Source: a virus (lineage: Duplodnaviria; Caudoviricetes). Taken from it: a DNA stretch of 58,265 bases. Below are positions 36,725 through 45,386 of this stretch, piece after piece. Position 1 is the stretch's first letter. Every line of letters starts with the position of its first letter. The position numbers were made by a program, and so were the translations under genes. Under the pieces are notes generated by a model, which was not told the DNA's origin, did not search any database, and was given only the letters and a program-made list of their open reading frames with translations. The stretch lies in IMG/VR virus record IMGVR_UViG_3300022179_000289, positions 1 through 58,265 of that record, one strand, 5' to 3'.

Positions 36725-37444
36725 TTAAAGCTTCTTGTGCAGGTTGTCGCGGTACAGGCTTTCATGGACCTTATTGCGTCTATTCCGCAGCTTTTGCGTT
36801 TCGACTATTTCTTCTGCCGTAAAGACCCGTGACCGGTGTTTTGGTAGCAGCGCGTCTTTGCGGATTGGAATAACCTGCGCTAGTGGCGTCCCTGCCGGAA
36901 TGATTCCAGAGAAGCCTGCCTGTTCAAACGTAAACGGGAAATTGATGAACTCCTGCCCCGGATACGGCGCGTCCACAATACCACTAAATATTGTGAACCT
37001 ATTTTCAGTGCGGTTGAGGGGCGGCACAAAGAGCAGTGAATATTCTGGTGGAACCTTAATCATCCAATAATTAAGGAACTTCATAGGTGGCTTCGGCACC
37101 GATGGGTGCGGGCATTTGTCGGATGAGATTTGATTAGGACCGTGGGTCTCGACCATTGTCTTATGGAACTTCCACTGAAAGGACACGCCTGAAGCATCGT
37201 CGTTGGTCACGAACTCTACGTCAGCGGCTAGCGGAATGATGTAACCCACGCACAGCGCATCGAGAAATGGGTTGCAGCGTTTCACTGTTGAGGTGTTAAA
37301 CCCACCATTCCCCAGCTTTGTTGGCAGAGCCTTAAACCAATCTGGGATTTCTTTCTTCGCAGGGTACGGCGCTGGGATAAGGCCGTAGTCCTCCTCCGCA
37401 CACAGAAACTCAATATCTTTCGATTTGAAAATGCTTCGCAGCAT
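36725..37444 (-). CDS. conserved phage protein (DUF6065-like)
   Basis: PDWFK..P, TVKRCNPFLDA...GY, INFPF, IPAGTPLAQVIP. Confidence 0.7.
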   Translation of the reverse strand: MLRSIFKSKDIEFLCAEEDYGLIPAPYPAKKEIPDWFKALPTKLGNGGFNTSTVKRCNPFLDALCVGYIIPLAADVEFVTNDDASGVSFQWKFHKTMVETHGPNQISSDKCPHPSVPKPPMKFLNYWMIKVPPEYSLLFVPPLNRTENRFTIFSGIVDAPYPGQEFINFPFTFEQAGFSGIIPAGTPLAQVIPIRKDALLPKHRSRVFTAEEIVETQKLRNRRNKVHESLYRDNLHKKL

Positions 37445-37452
37445 GGTTGCTC

Positions 37453-37650
37453 CTAGTTCTGTCCGTTACCCGGCTTATAACTGATGCGTCCCTTTTCCAC
37501 CTCCGCCATGCACCTGTCAACCTCTTGTTTGCCGCGCAAGATGTGGTCATCGTGCAAGTTAAGCTTTTCGCAGTTATTAATCCAATCGCGCTGGTATTGG
37601 GGAAGTCTATCGAAACACCCCATCACAATCTTTAGCCTAGCGTGGTCCAT
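37453..37650 (-). CDS. hypothetical protein
   Basis: 65-aa ORF coupled by TAATG to the Gly-rich gene. Confidence 0.65.
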   Translation of the reverse strand: MDHARLKIVMGCFDRLPQYQRDWINNCEKLNLHDDHILRGKQEVDRCMAEVEKGRISYKPGNGQN

Positions 37651-40600
37651 TACCAGTTAACGGTGACTTGGCCTGCCGCGCTCCCGCTACCGACTGTTAC
37701 TGGTATCTGTTGGAATGGCCAGACTTTAGCTGCATTTGCACTGTTGGTTGAAGCTGTCGAGCCTGCATTACCTGATCCGCCAGCATTGAACGACCCAGCA
37801 TTACCCGGTGTAGCGCCCGTGCCTGCGGCTCCTGTCGTACCAGCATTACCTGCAACACCAGCATTACCCGGAGAGCCTGCGCCACCTGAAGTGGCCCCAG
37901 TACCTGCTGCGCCTGTCGTGCCGGGGTTACCTGCAACACCAGCATTACCCGGAGAACCCGCCGCGCCATTAGTGGCACCTGTACCAGCATTACCTGTATT
38001 ACCTGCATTACCATTAGCGCCTGCGCCGCCTGCGCCACCGGGGTTACCCGCAGTCGCACCTGTGCCTGCGTTACCTGTATTACCGGGGTTGCCGTTAGCG
38101 CCTGCGCCACCGGGGGAACCTGCGTTTCCTGCTGTCGCGCCTGTACCTGCGGCACCTGTGTTACCTACGTTACCATTAGCGCCTGCGCCACCGGGGGAAC
38201 CTGCGTTTCCTGCTGTCGCGCCTGTACCTGCGGCACCTGTGTTACCTACGTTACCATTGGCACCAGCATTACCCGGAGAGCCTGCACCACCAGCAGTAGC
38301 GCCTGTACCTGCGGCACCTGTGTTACCGGCAGGACCTGTGCCTCCAGCGTTACCGGGGTTGCCGCAAGCAGCGCCGCCGCCGCCGCCGCCATTACCACCG
38401 TTACCGTTGGTCCCCCCGCCCGAAACAGTGCCCGCATTACCCGATGCACCGGCATTACCCAAGCCGAAAGCGCCGCACCCACCAGCACCGCCACCGCCGC
38501 CTCCGCCACGAGAGCCTGCATTACCAGCACTACCGGGGTTACCAGCATTACCACGAGGTCCGCCAGCACCACCATTGCCGTTAGTTCCGGGATTACCTGC
38601 GTTACCTTGGCCACCGGGGTTACCCGCTGCGCCACCGTTACCGCCAGCACCTCCAGCGCCATTGTTGCCGGGGTTTCCGGTCCCGCCGATACCACCGGGG
38701 TTACCTGCCAGACCGCCGTTACCACCAGCACCACCAGCGCCGTTAGTTCCGGGATTACCTGCGTTACCTTGCCCGCCGGGGTTGCCAGCAGCACCACCAT
38801 TACCTGCGGCACCAGCAGCACCATTGGTACCCGGATTACCTGCGTTTCCAGTGCCGCCGGGATTCCCTGCGTTACCACGGGCACCACCCGCACCACCAGC
38901 GCCGTTGTTACCGGGGTTACCTGAGTTACCTATGCCACCGGGGCTTCCTGCCGCGCCAGCATTACCACCAGCGCCTCCGTTACCGTTACTGCCGGGGTTT
39001 CCAGCATTGCCAGTACCACCGGGATTGCCCGCTGCACCAGCTACGCCATTACTACCTGTACCAGCGTTACCACCGTTACCACCTGCGCCTCCGGGCATTG
39101 TAAGGTAAGAACCAAAAGATGAGACATTTCCAGTATTACCAGCCGCGCCGGGATTGCCATTTGCTGCACCAGTTCCATTGTTACCTGCTGCACCAGCATT
39201 ACCCGGAGACCCAGCACCGCCATTAGTTGCGCCTGTACCTGCTGCGCCTGTCGTACCTGCGTTCCCATTGGCACCAGCATTACCCGGAGAGCCTGCGCCA
39301 CCACTAGTCGCACCTGTACCTGCGTTGCCTGTCGTACCCGCGTTCCCATTGGCACCAGCATTACCCGGAGAGCCTGCGCCACCATTGGTGGCACCTGTAC
39401 CGGCAGCGCCAGCCGTGCCGGGGTTACCATTAGCACCTGCACCGCCCGGAGAACCTGCGGTACCGGGGTTAGCTCCCGTACCTGCTGCACCAGTATTACC
39501 TGCGGTACCCGCTGCACCTGCGCCGCCCGGAGAACCTGCACTACCAGCCGTGGCACCTGTGCCCGCTGCACCTGTGTTACCTGCGGTGCCGTTGGCTCCA
39601 GCATTACCGGGAGAGCCTGCACCACCAGCAGTAGCGCCTGTTCCAGCATTACCTGTATTACCTGCGTTACCATTAGCGCCTGCGCCGCCTGCGCCACCGG
39701 GGTTACCAGCTATACCTGAGCCGCCACCGCCACCACCACCGCCACCGTTGTAGCAACCAAAGCAGCAGAAAAACCCATCCCCGCCGGTACCGCCGCTACC
39801 CCCGCCGGGTGTGCCACCGGCTCCACCACCAGCGCCAAATATCCCATTAGCGGTGCCGCCAGCACTACCACCGGGGTTACCAGCACTACCACCGACACCC
39901 GGACTTCCGGGACCGCCACCAGCGGTGCCGCCGCCGCCGCCATTACCACCGCCACCACCATTACCACCAGCACCACCAGCGCCGTTGTTACCGGGGTTAC
40001 CAGCATTACCTGTGCCTCCGGGGTTACCAGCATTACCTCTTGGTCCGCCAGCGCCACCAGCGCCGTTGTTACCGGGGTTACCAGCATTACCTGTCGCACC
40101 GGGGTTACCTGCGTTACCACGAGGTCCACCAGCGCCGCCTGCGCCGTTGTTGCCGGGGTTACCTGAGTTGCCTATCGTGCCGGGGTTACCAGCATTACCA
40201 CGAGGTCCACCTGCGCCACCAGCGCCATTATTGCCGGGGTTGCCCGCATTTCCGGGAGTGCCTGAGTTGCCTGCGTTACCACGGGCACCACCTGCACCAC
40301 CATTGCCATTGGTACCCGGATTACCGGCGTTACCTGTGCCTCCGGGGTTACCTGCCAAGCCAGCCGCTCCGCCTGCGCCACCTGCGCCATTGTTGCCGGG
40401 ATTACCCGCATTACCAGTGGCACCGGTGTTGCCTGCTGCGCCCGCAGCGCCTCCCGCACCGCCATTACCATTGGTACCCGGATTTCCGGGGTTTCCAGCC
40501 GTGCCGGGGTTACCAGCGTTGCCAGCGTTACCCGCGCCACCGCGCCCTGATAAATTCACACTATACACACCGGTAGGCACGATAAAGGTGCCCGGTGCGT

Positions 40601-40655
40601 TGAACACCTGACTACCCGAAGCCGACCCTGTGGCATTCATGTGATTTAAGGGCAT
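37650..40655 (-). CDS. 1001-aa Gly-X-Y repeat (polyglycine II/collagen-like) receptor-binding fibre protein
   Basis: Four blocks of 27-aa repeats between beta motifs GTFIVPTGVYSV, SSFG, IPVTVG and GQVTVNW typical of phage Gly-rich adhesins. Confidence 0.8.
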   Translation of the reverse strand: MPLNHMNATGSASGSQVFNAPGTFIVPTGVYSVNLSGRGGAGNAGNAGNPGTAGNPGNPGTNGNGGAGGAAGAAGNTGATGNAGNPGNNGAGGAGGAAGLAGNPGGTGNAGNPGTNGNGGAGGARGNAGNSGTPGNAGNPGNNGAGGAGGPRGNAGNPGTIGNSGNPGNNGAGGAGGPRGNAGNPGATGNAGNPGNNGAGGAGGPRGNAGNPGGTGNAGNPGNNGAGGAGGNGGGGGNGGGGGTAGGGPGSPGVGGSAGNPGGSAGGTANGIFGAGGGAGGTPGGGSGGTGGDGFFCCFGCYNGGGGGGGGGSGIAGNPGGAGGAGANGNAGNTGNAGTGATAGGAGSPGNAGANGTAGNTGAAGTGATAGSAGSPGGAGAAGTAGNTGAAGTGANPGTAGSPGGAGANGNPGTAGAAGTGATNGGAGSPGNAGANGNAGTTGNAGTGATSGGAGSPGNAGANGNAGTTGAAGTGATNGGAGSPGNAGAAGNNGTGAANGNPGAAGNTGNVSSFGSYLTMPGGAGGNGGNAGTGSNGVAGAAGNPGGTGNAGNPGSNGNGGAGGNAGAAGSPGGIGNSGNPGNNGAGGAGGARGNAGNPGGTGNAGNPGTNGAAGAAGNGGAAGNPGGQGNAGNPGTNGAGGAGGNGGLAGNPGGIGGTGNPGNNGAGGAGGNGGAAGNPGGQGNAGNPGTNGNGGAGGPRGNAGNPGSAGNAGSRGGGGGGGAGGCGAFGLGNAGASGNAGTVSGGGTNGNGGNGGGGGGAACGNPGNAGGTGPAGNTGAAGTGATAGGAGSPGNAGANGNVGNTGAAGTGATAGNAGSPGGAGANGNVGNTGAAGTGATAGNAGSPGGAGANGNPGNTGNAGTGATAGNPGGAGGAGANGNAGNTGNAGTGATNGAAGSPGNAGVAGNPGTTGAAGTGATSGGAGSPGNAGVAGNAGTTGAAGTGATPGNAGSFNAGGSGNAGSTASTNSANAAKVWPFQQIPVTVGSGSAAGQVTVNW
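38095..38258. repeat. perfect 81-nt tandem duplication
   Basis: 38095-38175 is identical to 38176-38256. Confidence 0.85.
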
Positions 40656-40656
40656 T

Positions 40657-41010
40657 TTACTTGCCTAGCTGACAGAGGTCGCTCAGGTTGGAATTTTGGA
40701 TTGCTTCAAGTCCATAAAGAAGAACCATAGGCATGCTGTTTGCCGGAAGATCGTCATGCACTTCAGTGTAATACACAAACGGAAATGCCGCGATATCTTC
40801 CGTCTTGCCGATGAACGCCCATGAGTTCAGCGGGGCGAAGCAATCTGCATGGTTGTCGGGGTTAGCGTAGTTCAAGTGAGTGAAGTCCGTAATGCCTTGC
40901 TCAGCAAACCAAGCGATAGCCTTGGCACTGTCGCTATCATCAGACCCGGCTTCAGCGCTGTAATCCTGATCCGTGTACAGGTAAATTTGTTCGATTTTAG
41001 TAATAGCCAT
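40657..41010 (-). CDS. hypothetical protein, possible glutaredoxin-like fold without CxxC
   Basis: IYLYT...SAKAIAWFAEQGI...FPFV pattern; sits between fibre genes. Confidence 0.5.
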   Translation of the reverse strand: MAITKIEQIYLYTDQDYSAEAGSDDSDSAKAIAWFAEQGITDFTHLNYANPDNHADCFAPLNSWAFIGKTEDIAAFPFVYYTEVHDDLPANSMPMVLLYGLEAIQNSNLSDLCQLGK

Positions 41011-41022
41011 TGCAAATCCTCC

Positions 41023-41829
41023 TTACATGTTGGCCAGTGATAGCGCACCGAAATAGGTTGTACCGCCATTTACGGTAATGAAGTTTAGAATGTCCGTTTT
41101 GGTAGCCGTTGTAGTCAACGTAGGTGTCGAAGCGTTGGGGTACTTTACCGATGCAGGCCATGTTGCCGTGCGTGACCCAGTAGCATCCTGTGTTAGGATA
41201 AGCATGAAGCTGTACGACACACCTGAAGCCGGTGGGTTGGTGAACGTAAACGTGCAGTTGCCCGTCATCGTGATATTGAAGATGTTGGCCGTGGATAGGT
41301 CAACTGTGTACGCCGTGCCGGACGAGGCAGCGGTTACGGTTTCCCGGTAACGCTGCATTTTCACATTGGTTACATCGCCGCCTGTAATGGCAATAGCAGA
41401 TGCGTCTTGTGTAGATACAGTGCCAAGGCCAAGACCCGTGCGCGCCGTTGCCTGCGTGGTTCCACCCGTACCGCCATTAGCTATGGCAAGGACAGCCGTA
41501 CCTGCTGCAATAACTGAGCCATCCTGATATACCGAGTCTTCGGACGGGTAGGTAACAAACACAGTAGACGTACCTGCAAGGGTAATCTTAGTTGTGCCAC
41601 CCGCACTAGACGACAAGACTGTTGTACGTGCTAGCGTAGTACCAGAAGACGTATAGGTACCGATCCCGACTTCCCAGTTATTCCCGCTAGTAATCGTGTA
41701 GTACGTGGTGTTGCCGTTCCCGATAACCGCAAACGACTGGAAACCAGCTACGGCACCAGCAAGAGTTACCGTGCCAGTGCCTGTAGTGGTAGTCGTTTCT
41801 TGTACGCGGTTAGCGAGGACGAGAGCCAT
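41023..41829 (-). CDS. tail fibre/fibre-base protein
   Basis: RVQETTTTTGTG N-terminus, LAIANGGTG repeat, LTQDATGSRT..WP C-terminal domain. Confidence 0.7.
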   Translation of the reverse strand: MALVLANRVQETTTTTGTGTVTLAGAVAGFQSFAVIGNGNTTYYTITSGNNWEVGIGTYTSSGTTLARTTVLSSSAGGTTKITLAGTSTVFVTYPSEDSVYQDGSVIAAGTAVLAIANGGTGGTTQATARTGLGLGTVSTQDASAIAITGGDVTNVKMQRYRETVTAASSGTAYTVDLSTANIFNITMTGNCTFTFTNPPASGVSYSFMLILTQDATGSRTATWPASVKYPNASTPTLTTTATKTDILNFITVNGGTTYFGALSLANM

Positions 41830-42302
41830 TATGCAATCCTGATGATAGCCGAGGTGTTGTTATTCGTCGGGAAGATGATGGTAAAATCACCTGCCGTCGA
41901 AGTCTTATCTGAACCAAAATCAAGCACAGCCACAGAAGCATTGGTCAGCGTGGTGTTCGCCGTGCCATTAGCCGATGGGGTTGTGTTGTAGATCAACGCG
42001 CCGCGAGCCGTAACCGTAGCATTCGTGAATGTTAGGTTGCTGAAGGTTGTGAAACCTGTACCTGCCGAAGCGTTGGTATTCGTAGCGGTCACGCCACCAT
42101 TGGTCAGCGCAGCGCCGCCAGCGGTATAGTTCGTGCCGGTGCTCTCGTTGGTAGCCGTGTAGGCAGTCGTGTTGGCATCAATCGAAGCCGACGAGGTGTA
42201 CAACGCTAGTTTGAAGGTGTCGCCACCAGTGTTACGGAAATCATGGACAGCCAGCAAAATTTCTGCCTTGAAGCTGGTTGTCATAGCTTGGGTAATAGCC
42301 AT
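41829..42302 (-). CDS. virion structural protein
   Basis: Thr-rich beta protein with FKLALY, ARGALIYN, VAVLDFG. Confidence 0.65.
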   Translation of the reverse strand: MAITQAMTTSFKAEILLAVHDFRNTGGDTFKLALYTSSASIDANTTAYTATNESTGTNYTAGGAALTNGGVTATNTNASAGTGFTTFSNLTFTNATVTARGALIYNTTPSANGTANTTLTNASVAVLDFGSDKTSTAGDFTIIFPTNNNTSAIIRIA

Positions 42303-42313
42303 GGGTATTCTCC

Positions 42314-42598
42314 TTACGTATCAATCAGTTTTACAAGCTCAGGAAACCCAGCTTCGGTAAACTTAGCTGCCAGAGTTACGTTGCGCGAGCGCATGGCTTC
42401 ACGCATAAAGTAGATGAGCACTTCGCGCAAGTTTTCTTGGAAGGCACGGGCCTGATCCGCAATTACTGGGGGTGCGTTGTCACCTACGTTAATAATTTGA
42501 TTTAAAGCACGCTCAGCAAGCTCTTCAGCAGAAAACCCACGGTTGTTCGTGGTCATTACCTGCACAGTGCCTAAGGCGGTTTCGAGTTCAGTAATCAT
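42314..42598 (-). CDS. hypothetical protein
   Basis: 94-aa ORF with ATGA coupling. Confidence 0.75.
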   Translation of the reverse strand: MITELETALGTVQVMTTNNRGFSAEELAERALNQIINVGDNAPPVIADQARAFQENLREVLIYFMREAMRSRNVTLAAKFTEAGFPELVKLIDT

Positions 42599-43275
42599 CG
42601 TACGGGATACCTAACTTGTGGTGTACGGTACATATCCTGCCTGTTCTTACCCTCGCCAAGCTGCTTGAGCATTGCCATAGCTTCGTCGTACCGTTTCTGG
42701 TACCCCGCTATAACATCCGTTTCACCTTTCATAAAGGTGTAAGCTTCGAGCAGAGAACCATAAAGCAGCACGCTGTCAAAATTGTCGCCCAGCCATGACG
42801 TACCTGCCGTCACAATCGAAGCTGGGTAATAGAAATAGTGAAGCTCTACGTTATAGTTCTGGTCGGGTGTAGGCCCGAGAATATACGAATTTTCGTCGAA
42901 ATAGGCGTAGCAGTAGGGGATACCCTCATCGTTGGGGTTAGGGAACGACTGCCGAATAAAACTGACGTCCTTGTTGAGCATATACTCATAACGTCCGGTA
43001 TCGTCGATAACCGCCATGGAGAAGTTAGCCAGCCAGTCTGTGGGCACCGCAAGGTATTTGTTACCTGCCGTCATGTTGCCCGTCACGTTCTTACGCAGGT
43101 CAAGCAACTGCACCGTGTTAAAGATGCGCTGCTCAGCCTGTTCGATGAACGTGTTGATCTGTTCGGTAGACGTCAATGTAACCGCGCTGGAGCCGTCAGA
43201 GCCGGTCCATGAGGTATTGGGGAAGTCGTTTTCGACGTACCCCTTAATCGTCTCGAACAGTTCAGCGTAGTTCAT
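42595..43275 (-). CDS. putative head-tail adaptor protein
   Basis: FIEQAEQRI, LGPTPD..Y.VELHY, LLYGSL.EA adaptor-type pattern. Confidence 0.65.
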   Translation of the reverse strand: MNYAELFETIKGYVENDFPNTSWTGSDGSSAVTLTSTEQINTFIEQAEQRIFNTVQLLDLRKNVTGNMTAGNKYLAVPTDWLANFSMAVIDDTGRYEYMLNKDVSFIRQSFPNPNDEGIPYCYAYFDENSYILGPTPDQNYNVELHYFYYPASIVTAGTSWLGDNFDSVLLYGSLLEAYTFMKGETDVIAGYQKRYDEAMAMLKQLGEGKNRQDMYRTPQVRYPVR

Positions 43276-43424
43276 TAGCCCATCTTCTTGCTATGCCCAG
43301 TACCCTTGGTCGCTGCACCCGTACCACGGGTCTTCTGCGTCTGGGTATTGGCGATCTTGTTCGGATAGCCGTTGTTGCCGAGGTCGGCCTGTGTGTAGAC
43401 CTTAGGTTGCTTATAATCAGCCAT
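43275..43424 (-). CDS. small basic protein
   Basis: MADYK...TRGTGAATKG. Confidence 0.65.
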   Translation of the reverse strand: MADYKQPKVYTQADLGNNGYPNKIANTQTQKTRGTGAATKGTGHSKKMG

Positions 43425-43542
43425 TTTTATTGACCTTTCCCATGTCCTTCTTCGGCTTGCTGCCGCTTTTCTGGTTCGCAATCTTTGCCAGATTACGGCC
43501 CATGCTCAACATCTGCTTGTTTGTCTTGCCACCTTTAGCCAT
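43417..43542 (-). CDS. 41-aa basic protein (not in ORF track)
   Basis: Hand-translated MAKGGKTNKQMLSMGRNLAKIANQKSG...KNG; GGAG RBS. Confidence 0.65.
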   Translation of the reverse strand: MAKGGKTNKQMLSMGRNLAKIANQKSGSKPKKDMGKVNKNG

Positions 43543-43543
43543 C

Positions 43544-43984
43544 TTAATTCTCCGTCTCAATCGTTACGGTCCCTACTTGACCACTCCCTAATAGCGTATT
43601 TGGAAGTCCAAATAAACCCAAAGGATTATTTAGGCCGACAGGTGCCCAACCCCACTGGATTACGCGGCTACCACCTGATGGTCCACCAAATGCCAGCACG
43701 TTATCATTAGGCACTTCGCCCTGTGTTTCTTCTTGGAGGCCGGTCAAGCCGCCTTGGAGATATGTGGTGTCAGGGCGCGGGTTACGCAGCGCCTGAGGAT
43801 CATCAACCGGATACATACCGAGTTGAAGCTGTGGTTGATCTGGTTCCCAGCAGGACGGGCACACGAGGATATTGACGTTCTTCGTCTTGATGACGAGACG
43901 CCGAAGCTGCTTCAGCTTATATCGAAACCCGCAGCGGTCACACTGCGAAATTGCCCATTTACCGGAGGCAAACCTATTTGGCAT
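43544..43984 (-). CDS. zinc-ribbon protein
   Basis: CDRC...CPSC. Confidence 0.75.
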   Translation of the reverse strand: MPNRFASGKWAISQCDRCGFRYKLKQLRRLVIKTKNVNILVCPSCWEPDQPQLQLGMYPVDDPQALRNPRPDTTYLQGGLTGLQEETQGEVPNDNVLAFGGPSGGSRVIQWGWAPVGLNNPLGLFGLPNTLLGSGQVGTVTIETEN

Positions 43985-43993
43985 GCTATCTCC

Positions 43994-44704
43994 TTAATAG
44001 AACATCTGACGCGGTGCGATACGCAATGACGCCTTCTCGCGGTCCTCGTCGGCAGCTTGTTGCCACAATTCTTCGTATTCCATCTTAAGCATCTGGCTGC
44101 GCTCAAGCGCGCCGGGGATTTTCTTCGACAGATGATACGCTAGACCTGCCACCATGCACGGTAGGAAGCGGAATGGGATATCCTGCGTAGTAACGCCGTC
44201 ACCAGCGTCCTGTAAACGGCGCAAGCGCCAGTAGACGAAGGTGTAATAGTTGGACTGCTCTGGGGCAGGCCATACGTTGATATTCGGATACGCCACCCCG
44301 GTGCTGGGTTCGGTCGCGCCTGACTGACGGTTGATCCACACTTGGATGGGACGCCCTTGGGCGTTCTTGTTTGGGATCGTCGAGTATGTGTCGATGCTGA
44401 TACGGGTAATGTTGATATCCGTCTGGCCTTGGCCAGTCTGCGTGCGGATCACGTGATCGAGCAAGTCGATAGTATCTACAGGAAGGTCATAGACAATCTG
44501 CCCCTGCACCATGGGGATTGAGCCTTGCTCGATGGTCCACAAGTTAATGCCACGGTTTGCCCACTCAATGGTAAGCAGGTTCAGGCTACGCCGCGCCGTA
44601 CGCAAGTCATAACCCGTCCGTAGCTCGGCACCACAGCGCTCGAACGCTTCCTCAACGAGTTCATTGAGGTTCAGGTTAAATGCTGTAGTGCCGGATGTGG
44701 TCAT
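43994..44704 (-). CDS. putative head-tail adaptor (P22 gp4 / tubular protein A-like)
   Basis: LVEEAFE...ARRSLNLL..EWAN.G, VWPAP, GLAYHL. Confidence 0.7.
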   Translation of the reverse strand: MTTSGTTAFNLNLNELVEEAFERCGAELRTGYDLRTARRSLNLLTIEWANRGINLWTIEQGSIPMVQGQIVYDLPVDTIDLLDHVIRTQTGQGQTDINITRISIDTYSTIPNKNAQGRPIQVWINRQSGATEPSTGVAYPNINVWPAPEQSNYYTFVYWRLRRLQDAGDGVTTQDIPFRFLPCMVAGLAYHLSKKIPGALERSQMLKMEYEELWQQAADEDREKASLRIAPRQMFY

Positions 44705-45096
44705 CTAAATCTCGCTGTCTTCTTGGCAACGCTCTTGGGTTGCTTGACGAACTGCTTGCCCGCCTTTGTACCCTCACGCTTCGCCTTGGTTGTAGCAGCA
44801 TATTCAGAAGATGTCAGCGCCTGACGTGCTTTCTTTGGTAGATAGCGTTCGCCTGTTGCTTTCGCCCCCTGTGTGGATGGCTTACCCGACTTGGTCCCCC
44901 AGTCCTCTTTGGTCCATTTGGACAAGGACTTCTGCGCTTCTGTCTTCGGGCCGCTATAGCTGCCGCCAGACTTCTTATACCGCTGGGTCGCAAGTTGGGC
45001 TTTACGGGCGGACCATTGACCCGCGTTTCCACCCTTGGTGCCAGCTTTTACACTAGCAACAATGCGCTTCCACTTAGGTTCGTCCGACCGTGCCAT
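44701..45096 (-). CDS. basic conserved phage protein (DUF5872-like)
   Basis: GQWSARKAQL, KWTKEDW, ERYLP. Confidence 0.7.
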   Translation of the reverse strand: MARSDEPKWKRIVASVKAGTKGGNAGQWSARKAQLATQRYKKSGGSYSGPKTEAQKSLSKWTKEDWGTKSGKPSTQGAKATGERYLPKKARQALTSSEYAATTKAKREGTKAGKQFVKQPKSVAKKTARFR

Positions 45097-45386
45097 TACT
45101 TCTTCTTAAAGCCTTTCAACATCTGCGCGAACCGTGCGCGTTGGCCTAACTTGCCGGGAGCCTTAGCGGCTTTGGCGAGCTTTCCTGCTGGGATTTTCTT
45201 TCCCTCAGGAGTGCCAAGCTGCGCACGGAGTGCGCCGGGTTTTTTGATCGCTTTGGAGATGTCAAGCTTCGCTTTACCCCCCTTTGCGTACATCGAGACA
45301 TCATCAGGATTGTCCTTCCGTTTGATTGTCTTCTTACCCGGCATTTTGGATGGGTTCATCGCCCCCATGCCCCGACAAGCGCGCAT
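45096..45386 (-). CDS. small basic protein
   Basis: YAKGG, AIKKPGALRAQLG...IPAGKL. Confidence 0.75.
   Translation of the reverse strand: MRACRGMGAMNPSKMPGKKTIKRKDNPDDVSMYAKGGKAKLDISKAIKKPGALRAQLGTPEGKKIPAGKLAKAAKAPGKLGQRARFAQMLKGFKKK

Noticed and set aside
37642-40611. Long Pro-rich + strand ORFs (488, 199 and 266 aa)
   Set aside because: Antisense shadows of GGN codon repeats in the Gly-rich gene; no RBS, and opposite to the operon direction.
40657-41010. Active glutaredoxin for fibre-tip disulfides
   Set aside because: No CxxC or CxxS at the expected position; the fold resemblance is only tentative.
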